The notes beneath the pieces were generated by a model. The model was not told the DNA's origin. It did no database searches and worked only from the letters and a program-made list of their open reading frames with translations. A stretch of DNA of 64,000 nt, taken from assembly GCA_965261595.1 (NCBI GenBank), contig CBDHDG010000007.1, forward strand, positions 224,001 through 288,000, in the 5' to 3' direction. Shown piece by piece: positions 39,797 to 48,982 of this stretch. The DNA comes from a bacterium (GTDB taxonomy: Bacteria > UBA8248 > JACPRG01 > G963555815). Position 1 is the stretch's first letter, and each line of letters starts with the position of its first letter. Both the position numbers and the translations under genes were made by a program.

Positions 39797-40270
39797 ATGA
39801 TGGCGATTCGACCCAAAGAGCTACCCGAGATCACTTCCAACTGGGCGGAGGCGGACTGGCAGGGACACCAGAAATCCGTCGTTACCACCAAATCCGGCCA
39901 CACCGTCATCGTGGACGAGCCCAAGGCCCTCGGCGGCAGCGACGAAGGGCCCTCGCCGATGGGCTATCTGTTTACCTCCTTGGCGGGGTGCACCTCGGTG
40001 ATCATCGAGCGCGTCGCCAAGGACCTGGGCATTCAGATCGACTCCATGAAAGTCCGGGCCGAAGGGTTCTACAGCCCCCGGGCGATCGCCGGCCAGGAAG
40101 GCTATGAATCGGGTCCGACCGAAGTGAGATCCGACATCACCTTGAAAACCTCCGCCTCGGACGAGGAGATTGAGAATCTGAAGAAGGAGTATTTCAAGCG
40201 CTGCCCCGTCTTTAACCTGTTCCGCAAATCCAACGCAAAAATGATCGATAACTGGGTGATTGAGCGTTAG
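39797..40270 (+). CDS. OsmC/Ohr-family protein
   Basis: DEPKALGGSDEGPSP, LAGC and RCPV (two conserved Cys). Confidence 0.88.
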   Translation: MMAIRPKELPEITSNWAEADWQGHQKSVVTTKSGHTVIVDEPKALGGSDEGPSPMGYLFTSLAGCTSVIIERVAKDLGIQIDSMKVRAEGFYSPRAIAGQEGYESGPTEVRSDITLKTSASDEEIENLKKEYFKRCPVFNLFRKSNAKMIDNWVIER

Positions 40271-40297
40271 TCGCAATCCACCACGCGCTGAAACAGG

Positions 40298-40335
40298 AAA
40301 AGGGCGGGCGGCCCGGAGGTCGCCCGCCCTTTTTT
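40298..40335. terminator. Bidirectional intrinsic terminator
   Basis: AAAAGGGCGGGCGGCC-CGGA-GGTCGCCCGCCCTTTTTT between convergent genes. Confidence 0.8.
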
Positions 40336-40364
40336 GGTTCGGTTCCAGCCCGGAAGCGCGTCGA

Positions 40365-41543
40365 TCAGCCCGCCGCCGGAACGCCCGCGCAGAACTGATC
40401 GTAGTCGATCAACCCGGTGATCTCCGGATTGTCTCCGCAGACCGGGCAGCCGGGGTCCCGCCGCAGCTTCATCTCCCGGAACTTCGTCGCCAGGGCGTCA
40501 TAGAGGATCAGCCGGCCGACCAGGGATTCACCCTTTCCCAGGATGATCTTGATGGTCTCGATGGCCTGAAGAACCCCCACGATCCCCGGCAGGACGCCGA
40601 GGACGCCGGCCTCGGCGCAGCTCGGGGCCATTCCCGGAGGCGGCGGCGCGGGATACAGGCACCGGTAGCAAGGTCCGCCGGACTGGGTGTCGAACACCGT
40701 CACCTGGCCCTCGAATTGGAAGATGCTCCCGTGAACGTTGGGCTTGCCCTGGAAGACGCACGCGTCGTTCACCAGATACCGGGTCGGGAAGTTGTCGCAT
40801 CCGTCGACAATGAGATCATAGCCCTCGATGATTTCCATGATGTTCTCGGACGAAAGGCGTTCCTGATAGGTCACCACATTGACGTCCGGGTTCAGGCCGT
40901 TGATCGTCTGCTTGGCGGACTCCGTCTTGGGCATGCCGACATCCGCGTCGCGGTGAAGAATCTGGCGCTGGAGATTGCTGCGGTCCACAACGTCGAAGTC
41001 CACGATGCCCAGGGTCCCAATTCCGGCCGCCGCCAGGTATAGAGCGGTGGGGGAGCCCAAACCGCCCGCCCCGAGAAGAAGAACCTTGGACTGGAGAAGC
41101 TTGCCCTGTCCCTTTTCTCCCACTTCCGGAAGCGTGAAGTGGCGGCTATACCGCTCAAGCTGTGAGGTGCTCAGCTCAAAGTCTTTGGTGAATGGAAGGC
41201 CGCGGTCTTTCCAGCCGTTGAACCCTTCCGCCATGGAGAAGACTTCATCGTAGCCCATGTCCTTCAAGGTCCGAGCCGCCAGAAGGGAGCGGACTCCCCC
41301 GGCGCAGTAGACGATCACCGGCCGGTCCTTGTCCGTCAGGGTCCCTTCCACCTGGATTTCAAGAAAACCGCGCGGGATGGATACGGCGCCGTCGATGTAG
41401 CCCTGCCGGACCTCGTCCTTTTCACGAACGTCCAGCAATACCGGACCTTCGCCATTGCCCATTTTCGCCTGCGCGTCCTCCGGCGTGAGCTCGGGAATGG
41501 ATCCGCGCGCGTCCGCCATCAGCTCATTATATGTTTTCGCCAT
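40365..41543 (-). CDS. moeB: Sulfur-carrier adenylyltransferase MoeB/ThiF with N-terminal rhodanese domain
   Basis: Rhodanese loop CAGGVRS; RYSRH, GAGGLGS, SNLQRQ, CYRC and CPVC motifs. Confidence 0.9.
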   Translation of the reverse strand: MAKTYNELMADARGSIPELTPEDAQAKMGNGEGPVLLDVREKDEVRQGYIDGAVSIPRGFLEIQVEGTLTDKDRPVIVYCAGGVRSLLAARTLKDMGYDEVFSMAEGFNGWKDRGLPFTKDFELSTSQLERYSRHFTLPEVGEKGQGKLLQSKVLLLGAGGLGSPTALYLAAAGIGTLGIVDFDVVDRSNLQRQILHRDADVGMPKTESAKQTINGLNPDVNVVTYQERLSSENIMEIIEGYDLIVDGCDNFPTRYLVNDACVFQGKPNVHGSIFQFEGQVTVFDTQSGGPCYRCLYPAPPPPGMAPSCAEAGVLGVLPGIVGVLQAIETIKIILGKGESLVGRLILYDALATKFREMKLRRDPGCPVCGDNPEITGLIDYDQFCAGVPAAG

Positions 41544-41891
41544 TTCGAGCCCCTTCAGAAAACCCAACAAAAGGTGTTCGGCCAATCCGCCGAACGCTTA
41601 CTCCGCTCAATTCTGTTTAGATTGGAGAGACAGAGGATCGATTCTGAGAAAATCCGGAATCGAAAGCGTTTATTCGCTACACATGCACGAGCGGGGTAAG
41701 GGACACACCCCCGCACCGGTTCCTCCGCGACCCAATAACCAACCAGTCAATTCATTTTCCATCCTTAAAGCTTATCACCCGAATTCCGAACTGGCAACAC
41801 TTAAATTGCTTATTCATTCTTTTCGGGGAAAGACCCAAGGCGGCCGGAAAACGGCTCCGGTATCTCATCTGTCTTGAACCCATACATCCCC

Positions 41892-41920
41892 TTGTCGCCG
41901 TCCTGTCCTGATTCTATAAT
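41892..41920 (+). promoter_or_regulatory. Putative sigma70 promoter
   Basis: TTGTCG-17 nt-TATAAT upstream of the CDS at 42052. Confidence 0.6.
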
Positions 41921-42051
41921 TGGGATTACACGAAGCTTGCGTTTTCTCGATTCCTCGTCATGAGCGAAATTCTGTCAGTCATCGAGAAGCCTGAGGGGCC
42001 GCGGGGCGTCCCGTGGCCGGCCTCTTACTTGAAATCAAGGAGCCAGTAAGA

Positions 42052-43263
42052 ATGTCCACTCCATGGAAATCCGATCAATGGTTCACCAGCCCGATGAACT
42101 TCGCCGATGAAGTCACGGCGGGCCTCAATTTTCCCGACAAAATCGAGATCCACGACGTCACCCTCCGGGACGGAGAGCAGCAGTGCGGCCTGGTCTTCAC
42201 CCGCGACGACAAGGTCCGCATCGCGGAAAAACTGGCCGAGGTCGGCGTTCACCGAATCGAGGCCGGCATGCCCGTCGTGTCCAAGCAGGACGAGCAGGCC
42301 ATCCGGGACATCGTGAAACTGGACCTGCCATGTGAGATTTTCGCGTTCTCCCGCTGCATGGTGGATGACGTGAAACGGGCCGCTGATTGCGGCGTCCACG
42401 GCGTCGTCATCGAGATTCCGTCCAGCGATCATATCATCGAGCATGCTTACAAGTGGCCGGCGGAGCGGGCCATCGACCTGTCCATTACAGCGACGCAGGC
42501 GGCTAAAGAGGAGGGCCTGTACACCGTTTGGTTCCCCATCGACGCGACACGCGCCGATCTCAACTGGCTGCTGGACATGGTGGTCCGCGTTGCCGACGAG
42601 GGTCACATGGACGCTCTGGCGGTGGTGGATACGTTCGGCGGGACCAGCCCGCACGCCATTCCGTACTTCATCAAGAAGATCCGCGAGCGCATCGACAAAC
42701 CGCTCGAAACCCACTTCCATGACGACTTCGGGTGCGGACCGGCCAACACGATCCTGGGACTCGCCTCGGGCTGCTCGGTGGCCCACACCACCGTGACGGG
42801 AATCGGGGAGCGGGCCGGCAACGCCGCGTACGAAGACGTGGTCATGGCCCTCAAATGCATGTACGACATCGATGTCGGCCTCAAGACCGAGAAGATGGTC
42901 GAGCTCTCCAACCTGGTCCGGGAGATCGGCGGCCTGAACATCCCGACCAACCGGTCCATCGTCGGGGACCTCCTCTACCAAATCGAGTCGGGCATCATCG
43001 TAAGCTGGTTCAAGAACTGCGGCAAAGAGAACGAGCTGGAGCTCACCCCGTTTCTGGCCGAGATGGTGGGCCTGAAAGAGCCGGACATTGTGATCGGCAA
43101 AGGGAGCGGGATCGACACGATCGGCATTCTGATAGAGCGCCTGGGATTGCAGGCCAGCGACGAGGAGAAGATGGCGCTCCTCATGGACGTGAAAGAGAAG
43201 GCCATGGAGCTCCACCGGCTTCTCTCGATGGAAGAGTTCAAGGACCTTGCCGGAAAAGGCTGA
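42052..43263 (+). CDS. DRE-TIM metallolyase (LeuA/homocitrate synthase-like acetyl-CoA condensing enzyme)
   Basis: DVTLRDGEQ, HFHDD and GIGERAGNA motifs; no LeuA regulatory domain. Confidence 0.85.
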   Translation: MSTPWKSDQWFTSPMNFADEVTAGLNFPDKIEIHDVTLRDGEQQCGLVFTRDDKVRIAEKLAEVGVHRIEAGMPVVSKQDEQAIRDIVKLDLPCEIFAFSRCMVDDVKRAADCGVHGVVIEIPSSDHIIEHAYKWPAERAIDLSITATQAAKEEGLYTVWFPIDATRADLNWLLDMVVRVADEGHMDALAVVDTFGGTSPHAIPYFIKKIRERIDKPLETHFHDDFGCGPANTILGLASGCSVAHTTVTGIGERAGNAAYEDVVMALKCMYDIDVGLKTEKMVELSNLVREIGGLNIPTNRSIVGDLLYQIESGIIVSWFKNCGKENELELTPFLAEMVGLKEPDIVIGKGSGIDTIGILIERLGLQASDEEKMALLMDVKEKAMELHRLLSMEEFKDLAGKG

Positions 43264-43296
43264 TCACCACCCGGGCGAATGGACGAAAGTGGAAAC

Positions 43297-44325
43297 ATGC
43301 GGGCTGCCTTTCTCACGGAAATTCATCGGTATGAGCTGGGCGAGAAAGAACCCTCGGCCTTGGGGTCTGAAGACCTCCGGATCCGGATTCATTCCAGCGC
43401 CATCTGCGGAACGGACCTGGCGATATGGGCCGGCAAGCAGCCCGGTCTCAGTCTGCCCATCGTCGGAGGGCATGAAGCCACCGGCGTGGTGGAGGAGGTC
43501 GGCGCCGGGGTCGTGAAGTTCCGGTCCGGGGACCGTGTGGTCCTGAACCCGACGGAATTTTGCGGCAAGTGCCATTACTGCCGGCGGGGGCTTGAGCATC
43601 TTTGTGAGAGGGGCGGTCTGAGGGGCCGCGAGGTGTCGGGCACGTATTCGGATTACGTCGTGGTTCACGAAAATCTGGCTTACGGATTTCCGGACACCAT
43701 CGACTTCGACGCCGGCACCAACTTCATCGCCCTCTACACCGTCGTTTACGGACAAAGAAAACTACCCCATCTGACGGGCAAGTCCGTGGTCGTCCTCGGT
43801 CAAGGGGTCACGGGTCTCCTCCACACCCAACTGGCCCGGCACAGCGGCGCCGGCCCGGTCATCGCCGTCGCCCGAAGCCCCTGGAAGCTGGACCTGGCGA
43901 AGGGGTTGGGAGCAACGGATACGATTTGCGCCCGGGAGAAGAACCCGGTGGAGGAGGTCCTCCGGCTGACCGACGGCCGCGGCGCCGACATCGTCATCGA
44001 GTCCGCGGGCGCGCCGGAGAGCATCCGGCAATCCTTCGAAATGGTCCGCCCGGCAGGGACGATCCTCCAGTTCGGAATCGGCCCGAAGACAGTGAATGAC
44101 ATCCCCGTTCAGGAATTCTACTTCAAGGATTTGACCGTTGTCGGCTGCCGGGCGGGGATGCCGGAAGACTTCGAAACGGCCATCGCCCTCGTCTCCCAAG
44201 GCCGCATCGACCTGCGGCCGACCATCACGGACCACTTTCCCCTTGACGAGATCCAGAAGGGATTCGAGCATGTCGAGAAAGGCGAGGGGAAAACGCTACG
44301 GGCTGTAATCGACCTCGCTCCATGA
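43297..44325 (+). CDS. Zinc-dependent MDR-family dehydrogenase
   Basis: ICGTD, GHE, CGKCHYC...C and GQGVTG motifs. Confidence 0.92.
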   Translation: MRAAFLTEIHRYELGEKEPSALGSEDLRIRIHSSAICGTDLAIWAGKQPGLSLPIVGGHEATGVVEEVGAGVVKFRSGDRVVLNPTEFCGKCHYCRRGLEHLCERGGLRGREVSGTYSDYVVVHENLAYGFPDTIDFDAGTNFIALYTVVYGQRKLPHLTGKSVVVLGQGVTGLLHTQLARHSGAGPVIAVARSPWKLDLAKGLGATDTICAREKNPVEEVLRLTDGRGADIVIESAGAPESIRQSFEMVRPAGTILQFGIGPKTVNDIPVQEFYFKDLTVVGCRAGMPEDFETAIALVSQGRIDLRPTITDHFPLDEIQKGFEHVEKGEGKTLRAVIDLAP

Positions 44326-44400
44326 AGGCGCGGGTCCCCCGCTCTAGGGTTTTGTTGGACACTCGATTGATCCATGATTCATGGAGAAAGGGGTGTCGCG

Positions 44401-44789
44401 ATGAACGAACAAAAGCAAGAGGGGGCTTTGGCGGAGGGCGCCCGCAGGGCGAACGGAGCCAAGGCCCCAGGGCATCGGCAGTGAGCGGGGTCGGTTCTCC
44501 TGCCAGGCGCAAGCGGGAGGCGGTCCTGCGTCTTTTGCGGGGCGAGAGCCTGGAGACGCTCTGCCGCGAGTTGGGCACGACAGCGGCTCGGCTTTCCGCC
44601 TGGCGCGAGGCGTTCCTTCGCGGGGGCGAGGCGGCGCTCAAAGCCCGCCCGGCGGATGAGCGGGACGAGGAGAACGCCCGGCTCAAGGCCAAGGTGGGCG
44701 AACTCACGATGGAGGGCGAGGTCCTGCGGGAGAAGATCGACCGCCTGGAGGCCGGCCGCCCTTTAGCCGGCAGGAGGTGGAGGCGATGA
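44401..44789 (+). pseudogene. IS3 OrfA (HTH), apparently frameshifted
   Basis: The ATG 44401 frame (EGARRANGA) stops at 44482-44484. ERGRFS and ARRKREAVLRLLRGE lie in the next two frames. Confidence 0.7.
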
Positions 44790-45694
44790 GTCAGGCCCGC
44801 TTCACCTCCACGGGCAGAGCCTACGGCCTGAAGCGGGTGTGCGCCCTTTGGGGCTTGGCGCGCTCCACGGTCTACGCGCAACGGCGGCGAGAGGCGGTCC
44901 CCGTTCATGAACGCCCCACGCCCAATAAGCGCGGCCCTGTGGGCCCGTGCACCGATGCGGAACTCCTCGGCCACATCCGGCAGGTCCTGGAGGACTCTCC
45001 CTTCCATGGCGAGGGCTACCGCAAGGTGTGGGCGAGGCTGCGCTTCGCGGGCATCCGCACCAGCAAGGAGCGGATGCGTCGCCTGATGCGGGAGGCGGGG
45101 CTTCAGGCCCCCCACCGGGTGGGCAAACCCCGAGGTCCCAAGGCCCACAACGGGACCATCCGCACCGAGCGGCCCGACCGAATGTGGGGCACGGACATGA
45201 CGACGACGGTGACCACCGAGGAGGGGGTGGCCTCGGTGTTCGTGGCGGTGGATCACTGCTCGGTGGACTGCGTGGGGATCCATGCGGCCAAGAGCGGCAA
45301 CCGCTTCGAGGCCCTGGAGCCGATCCGGCAGGGGGTCGCCGAGCGCTTCGCCGGCTTGGAGGCGGACGTCGCCGAGGGGCTTAAAGTTCGTCACGACCAC
45401 GGCCCCGCCTATCTGTCCGATGACTTTCAGCGGGAGATCGCCTACCTGGGCATGACCAGTTCGCCCAGCTTCGTGCGGGCGCCCGAGGGAAATGGCTACT
45501 GTGAGTGGTTTATCCGCATCTTGAAGGAGAATCTCCTGTGGGTGCGCTCTTTCGCCACCGTAGAGGAACTGCGGTGGGCGCTGCTTGAGTTCAAGAACCT
45601 GTACAACCATCATTGGATTCTCGAGGGCTACGGCTACCGAACGCCGGCCCAGGCAAGGCAGGAAAAACTCGCTCAAGTTGCGGAGGCCGCATGA
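44786..45694 (+). CDS. IS3 OrfB DDE transposase
   Basis: GYRKVWARL, WGTD, RHDHG and GNGYCEWF motifs; ATGA overlap with orfA. Confidence 0.93.
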   Translation: MSQARFTSTGRAYGLKRVCALWGLARSTVYAQRRREAVPVHERPTPNKRGPVGPCTDAELLGHIRQVLEDSPFHGEGYRKVWARLRFAGIRTSKERMRRLMREAGLQAPHRVGKPRGPKAHNGTIRTERPDRMWGTDMTTTVTTEEGVASVFVAVDHCSVDCVGIHAAKSGNRFEALEPIRQGVAERFAGLEADVAEGLKVRHDHGPAYLSDDFQREIAYLGMTSSPSFVRAPEGNGYCEWFIRILKENLLWVRSFATVEELRWALLEFKNLYNHHWILEGYGYRTPAQARQEKLAQVAEAA

Positions 45695-45902
45695 GGTCGA
45701 ATACCCTCACCCGAGTGTCCAATAACCCAGGGGCGGTCCACGGGATGTAAACAAAGTAAGCGGACCCTTCCGCACCCCACAACCCGGATCTCGGATTGAA
45801 CCCTTTGAACCATAATAGGTTAACCAAAAAAGGCGGGAGGAAGGCGTCCCCTTTTTATTTGGCATGCGCATTGAATAGAAGTTGATTCAGGGAGGAATTT
45901 CC

Positions 45903-46325
45903 ATGTCGCACTACGTCGTAAACGTCAACGAAGTGGAACCCGCCCCTGTGAAAACCGAAGACGGATGGAACCGGATGGACATCCGCTTTGTCGTCGAGGA
46001 AAGCCGGTCGGGGTCGAAGGAGGTCTGCTTTTGGCGAACCGTCTTCAAACCGGGGTCGCGGCACTTCAAGCACCGTTACACCCGGTCCGACGAGGTGATC
46101 TACGTCATCCGGGGACGGGGCGCTTCCGGAGCGCAGGACCGGGAGATCGAGGTCAAGGCCGGGGACGTCCATTTTATTTCCAAGGACACCGTTCACTGGA
46201 TGCGGCCCCTGGACCCGGGGGAGGAATTGGAGGTCTGCGGTTGTTATACGAACACGGGCGCCCTGGAGGGCTCGGGATACATATTCGAGGGTGAGGTGAC
46301 GGAGACCGACATGACCGTCCGGTGA
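45903..46325 (+). CDS. Cupin-domain protein
   Basis: HFKHRY..DEVIYVIRG...GDVHFI...VHW pattern; GGAGG RBS. Confidence 0.85.
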   Translation: MSHYVVNVNEVEPAPVKTEDGWNRMDIRFVVEESRSGSKEVCFWRTVFKPGSRHFKHRYTRSDEVIYVIRGRGASGAQDREIEVKAGDVHFISKDTVHWMRPLDPGEELEVCGCYTNTGALEGSGYIFEGEVTETDMTVR

Positions 46326-46443
46326 GGCGGGAGCGAAATCCGGTTGTCCGAGTGGAATTTTTTGTGTTCGTTGAATTTAGAAATTTAATCGTAAACCGGA
46401 AAGGACGGGACTTCCAGTCCGCGAAGTCTGGAGGGACTTCAAG

Positions 46444-47712
46444 ATGAAGGCCATTCAGCGAATTTCCAGATGGGTGGCTTATCTTCTCCTCCCCATCTTC
46501 ATTGTCACGTGCGCGACAACCGATCTCCCTCCCCTGTCTCTCAATACAAAACAACCGCTTGAATCCGATGAAAACCGGATCTGGGAAAGGAGCGCGGAAG
46601 AACAGCGCAAGCTGGACAAGAGCCATAAAATCGTGAGCGATCCCCTCCTCGAGGAATATCTGAACGACATCGGCCGCCGGCTCACCCCGCAATCCTTAAA
46701 GGGTTCGGAGCGCCTGACCTTCCAGTTCAAGGTCATTCAGGACACGGCCCTGAACGCCTTCGCTTATCCCAACGGGAAGATCTACGTCCACTCGGGACTG
46801 ATCGCCCGTGTGGAGAACGAAGCGCAGCTTTCGGCCGTCCTGGCCCATGAAATGACCCATTCCATCAACCGCCACGCCGTACGGTCCGTCCGGGACCAGC
46901 GGAACAAACGGTGGTGGTACATCGGCGGGATCATCGCCCTGAGCATTCTCATCGCGTACCTCACGGGCAGAAGGTTGGAGCAGGGGGACCTCGTCGGGGC
47001 AAGCCTGTTGAACAATACGGCCCGGATTCTCGTGGGGCTGGGTCTTCCCCTGGCAATCATGGCCTCAATCAACGGCTACAGCCGCGGGTTGGAGGGCGAA
47101 GCGGACGCCGGCGGCCTGAAGCTCCTGGCCCAGGCCGGATATGACATCAACGAAGCGCCGAAGGTCTTCGAGCTCTTCCAGAAGACCTACGGCGACAGCA
47201 CGGCCGCGGAAAACTTCTTCTTCGGCAGCCATCCGCGCAACAGCGATCGAATCTCCAACTACAAGTCCCTTTTGGCGGGCCGCTATGCGCGCGTCGCGAA
47301 GGAGACGGGAAGAATCAAGGATTCCAGGGACTTTCATCTCCGCCGCCGGGTGATCATCCGGGAAAACGCCCTGGCGGACCTCCACGCCGGGCGGTTCAAC
47401 GTCGCCCGCGCGGCGCTGGACAAAGTCCTGGCATTCACACCCAACGACCCCATCGCGCACTACTATTACGGGGAAATCCACCGCCTGTCCGACAAGTCCT
47501 CGGAAGGAGAGAAGCGGGCGCTCGCCCGATACCGCAAGGCGGTGAAGCTGGACCCGCAACTGGCCGCGCCTTACCGGGCGATAGGCCTTCTGCACTATAA
47601 AAAGGGGAACAAGGAAGAGGCGAAGAAAGCGTTCCGGCGTTATCTCGAGCTTGAGCCGAAAGCCAAGGATCGAAATCGGATCAAGGACTACATCGTCGAG
47701 CTCGACAGTTGA
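46444..47712 (+). CDS. M48-family metalloprotease with C-terminal TPRs (BepA-like)
   Basis: NAFAYP, HEMTH, EGEAD and SHP motifs; TPR helices. Confidence 0.9.
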   Translation: MKAIQRISRWVAYLLLPIFIVTCATTDLPPLSLNTKQPLESDENRIWERSAEEQRKLDKSHKIVSDPLLEEYLNDIGRRLTPQSLKGSERLTFQFKVIQDTALNAFAYPNGKIYVHSGLIARVENEAQLSAVLAHEMTHSINRHAVRSVRDQRNKRWWYIGGIIALSILIAYLTGRRLEQGDLVGASLLNNTARILVGLGLPLAIMASINGYSRGLEGEADAGGLKLLAQAGYDINEAPKVFELFQKTYGDSTAAENFFFGSHPRNSDRISNYKSLLAGRYARVAKETGRIKDSRDFHLRRRVIIRENALADLHAGRFNVARAALDKVLAFTPNDPIAHYYYGEIHRLSDKSSEGEKRALARYRKAVKLDPQLAAPYRAIGLLHYKKGNKEEAKKAFRRYLELEPKAKDRNRIKDYIVELDS

Positions 47713-47779
47713 GTGAGGGTTCGTCGCTCTTCGTGACTTCCAAAAAGAACATCCTTCCCCCCCCCCCCCCGGCCCCGCG

Positions 47780-48838
47780 TCACCACCTGACCAAGCAGGA
47801 CTCAATCGTCAGCCCGGGGCCGAATCCCATCATCACCCCGTAATCGCCGGGCTGCGGGTCGCCACGCCCGATGACGCGATCCAAGATGAACATCACGGTC
47901 GGCGAGCTCATGTTTCCGAATTCGGAAAGGACCTCCCAGGAAAACCGCATCTCCGAATCGCTCAGGCTCATCACCTCCTGGACGTAATCGAGAATCTTGG
48001 CCCCGCCGGGGTGGATGATCCAGAACGTCACATCTTCCCGCTGGAGCCCGTTCCGCGTCATCAGCCTTTCCAAGACGGCGGCGACGTTCTGCCGGATGAA
48101 CACGGGCACACGAGCCGATAGATGGATGGCGAACCCCGTCGAGGTGATGAAAAACCCCATGTCATCGACGGTTCGGTAAATGGTTTGGGTCTCGAAATCA
48201 ATCAACCTGGGGAAGCGGCGGGAAGGATTAGACTCGGATGGAAATCCGTCGCCCAGAATGAGGGCCGCCGCGCCGTCTCCGAACAGGGCGCTGGCAACGA
48301 CGTTTTCGGTCGAACTGTCCTTCTGGAGCGTCGCCGAGCAAATCTCGACCGACAGGAGGAGGACCCGCCCCTCGGGACGCGCCGCCAGCGATTCAGAACC
48401 CCGGGCCAAGCCGGGAAAAGCCGCATAACAACCCATCCCGCCGATGGCGGTCCGGCGAATGTTCTCCCGCATCCCCAGCCGCTTTGCCAAGAGGATCTCG
48501 ATCCCGGGATTGGAGTATCCGGTGCAGGACACAACGATGAAATCGTCCAGCTCCGCCGGCTTTGCCTGGATCTCCCGGAGGCAGGAGACAATGGCCTCCT
48601 CCCCCAGGCGCAGGGCGGCGTCCACGTACAAGCGGTTGCGCTCCTCGATGCTTCGCTCCCGGCGGTAGAAATTCATGTCCAGAGCGGCGTGTCTCTTCTG
48701 GATGCGGGAATTCTTGAAGATTTCTTCTGCTTTCGGGTTTTCCTTGAAATGCGAGGCGAAAAAATCCTGATAAACATCCTGCTGACGATATACGCGATCC
48801 GGAACGGCGCAGTGCAAAGAGAGAATTCGTGGAGGCAT
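47780..48838 (-). CDS. Type III polyketide synthase
   Basis: Catalytic Cys-His-Asn in GMGCYA, IHPGG and GNMSS; ALFGDGAAA and GFGPG motifs. Confidence 0.93.
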   Translation of the reverse strand: MPPRILSLHCAVPDRVYRQQDVYQDFFASHFKENPKAEEIFKNSRIQKRHAALDMNFYRRERSIEERNRLYVDAALRLGEEAIVSCLREIQAKPAELDDFIVVSCTGYSNPGIEILLAKRLGMRENIRRTAIGGMGCYAAFPGLARGSESLAARPEGRVLLLSVEICSATLQKDSSTENVVASALFGDGAAALILGDGFPSESNPSRRFPRLIDFETQTIYRTVDDMGFFITSTGFAIHLSARVPVFIRQNVAAVLERLMTRNGLQREDVTFWIIHPGGAKILDYVQEVMSLSDSEMRFSWEVLSEFGNMSSPTVMFILDRVIGRGDPQPGDYGVMMGFGPGLTIESCLVRW

Positions 48839-48982
48839 GATTTACAGGGTTTCCGTGGACCGGTATTCCGCGCGAGGGCATGTGGCATGGGCGATAGCCT
48901 TCCCTCTGCTGAGGGTTCCGTCCCTCATGAAAACGCCGGCCACCCCCCCTCTCCCCTTTTTTCCGGTTTGAGCGCCATTCAA

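Larger units (their letters stand above)
44335..45740 (+). mobile_element. IS3-family insertion sequence (degenerate)
   Basis: Imperfect TIRs sharing CCGC..GGG..TTGGACACTCG; right end terminates in CA; 4-bp direct repeat CGGG at 44331-44334 and 45741-45744; orfA/orfB organisation. Confidence 0.9.

Noticed and set aside
40365..41543. Rhodanese-before-MoeB domain order as a novelty
   Set aside because: This reversed MoeZ-like architecture is already known in several bacterial groups.
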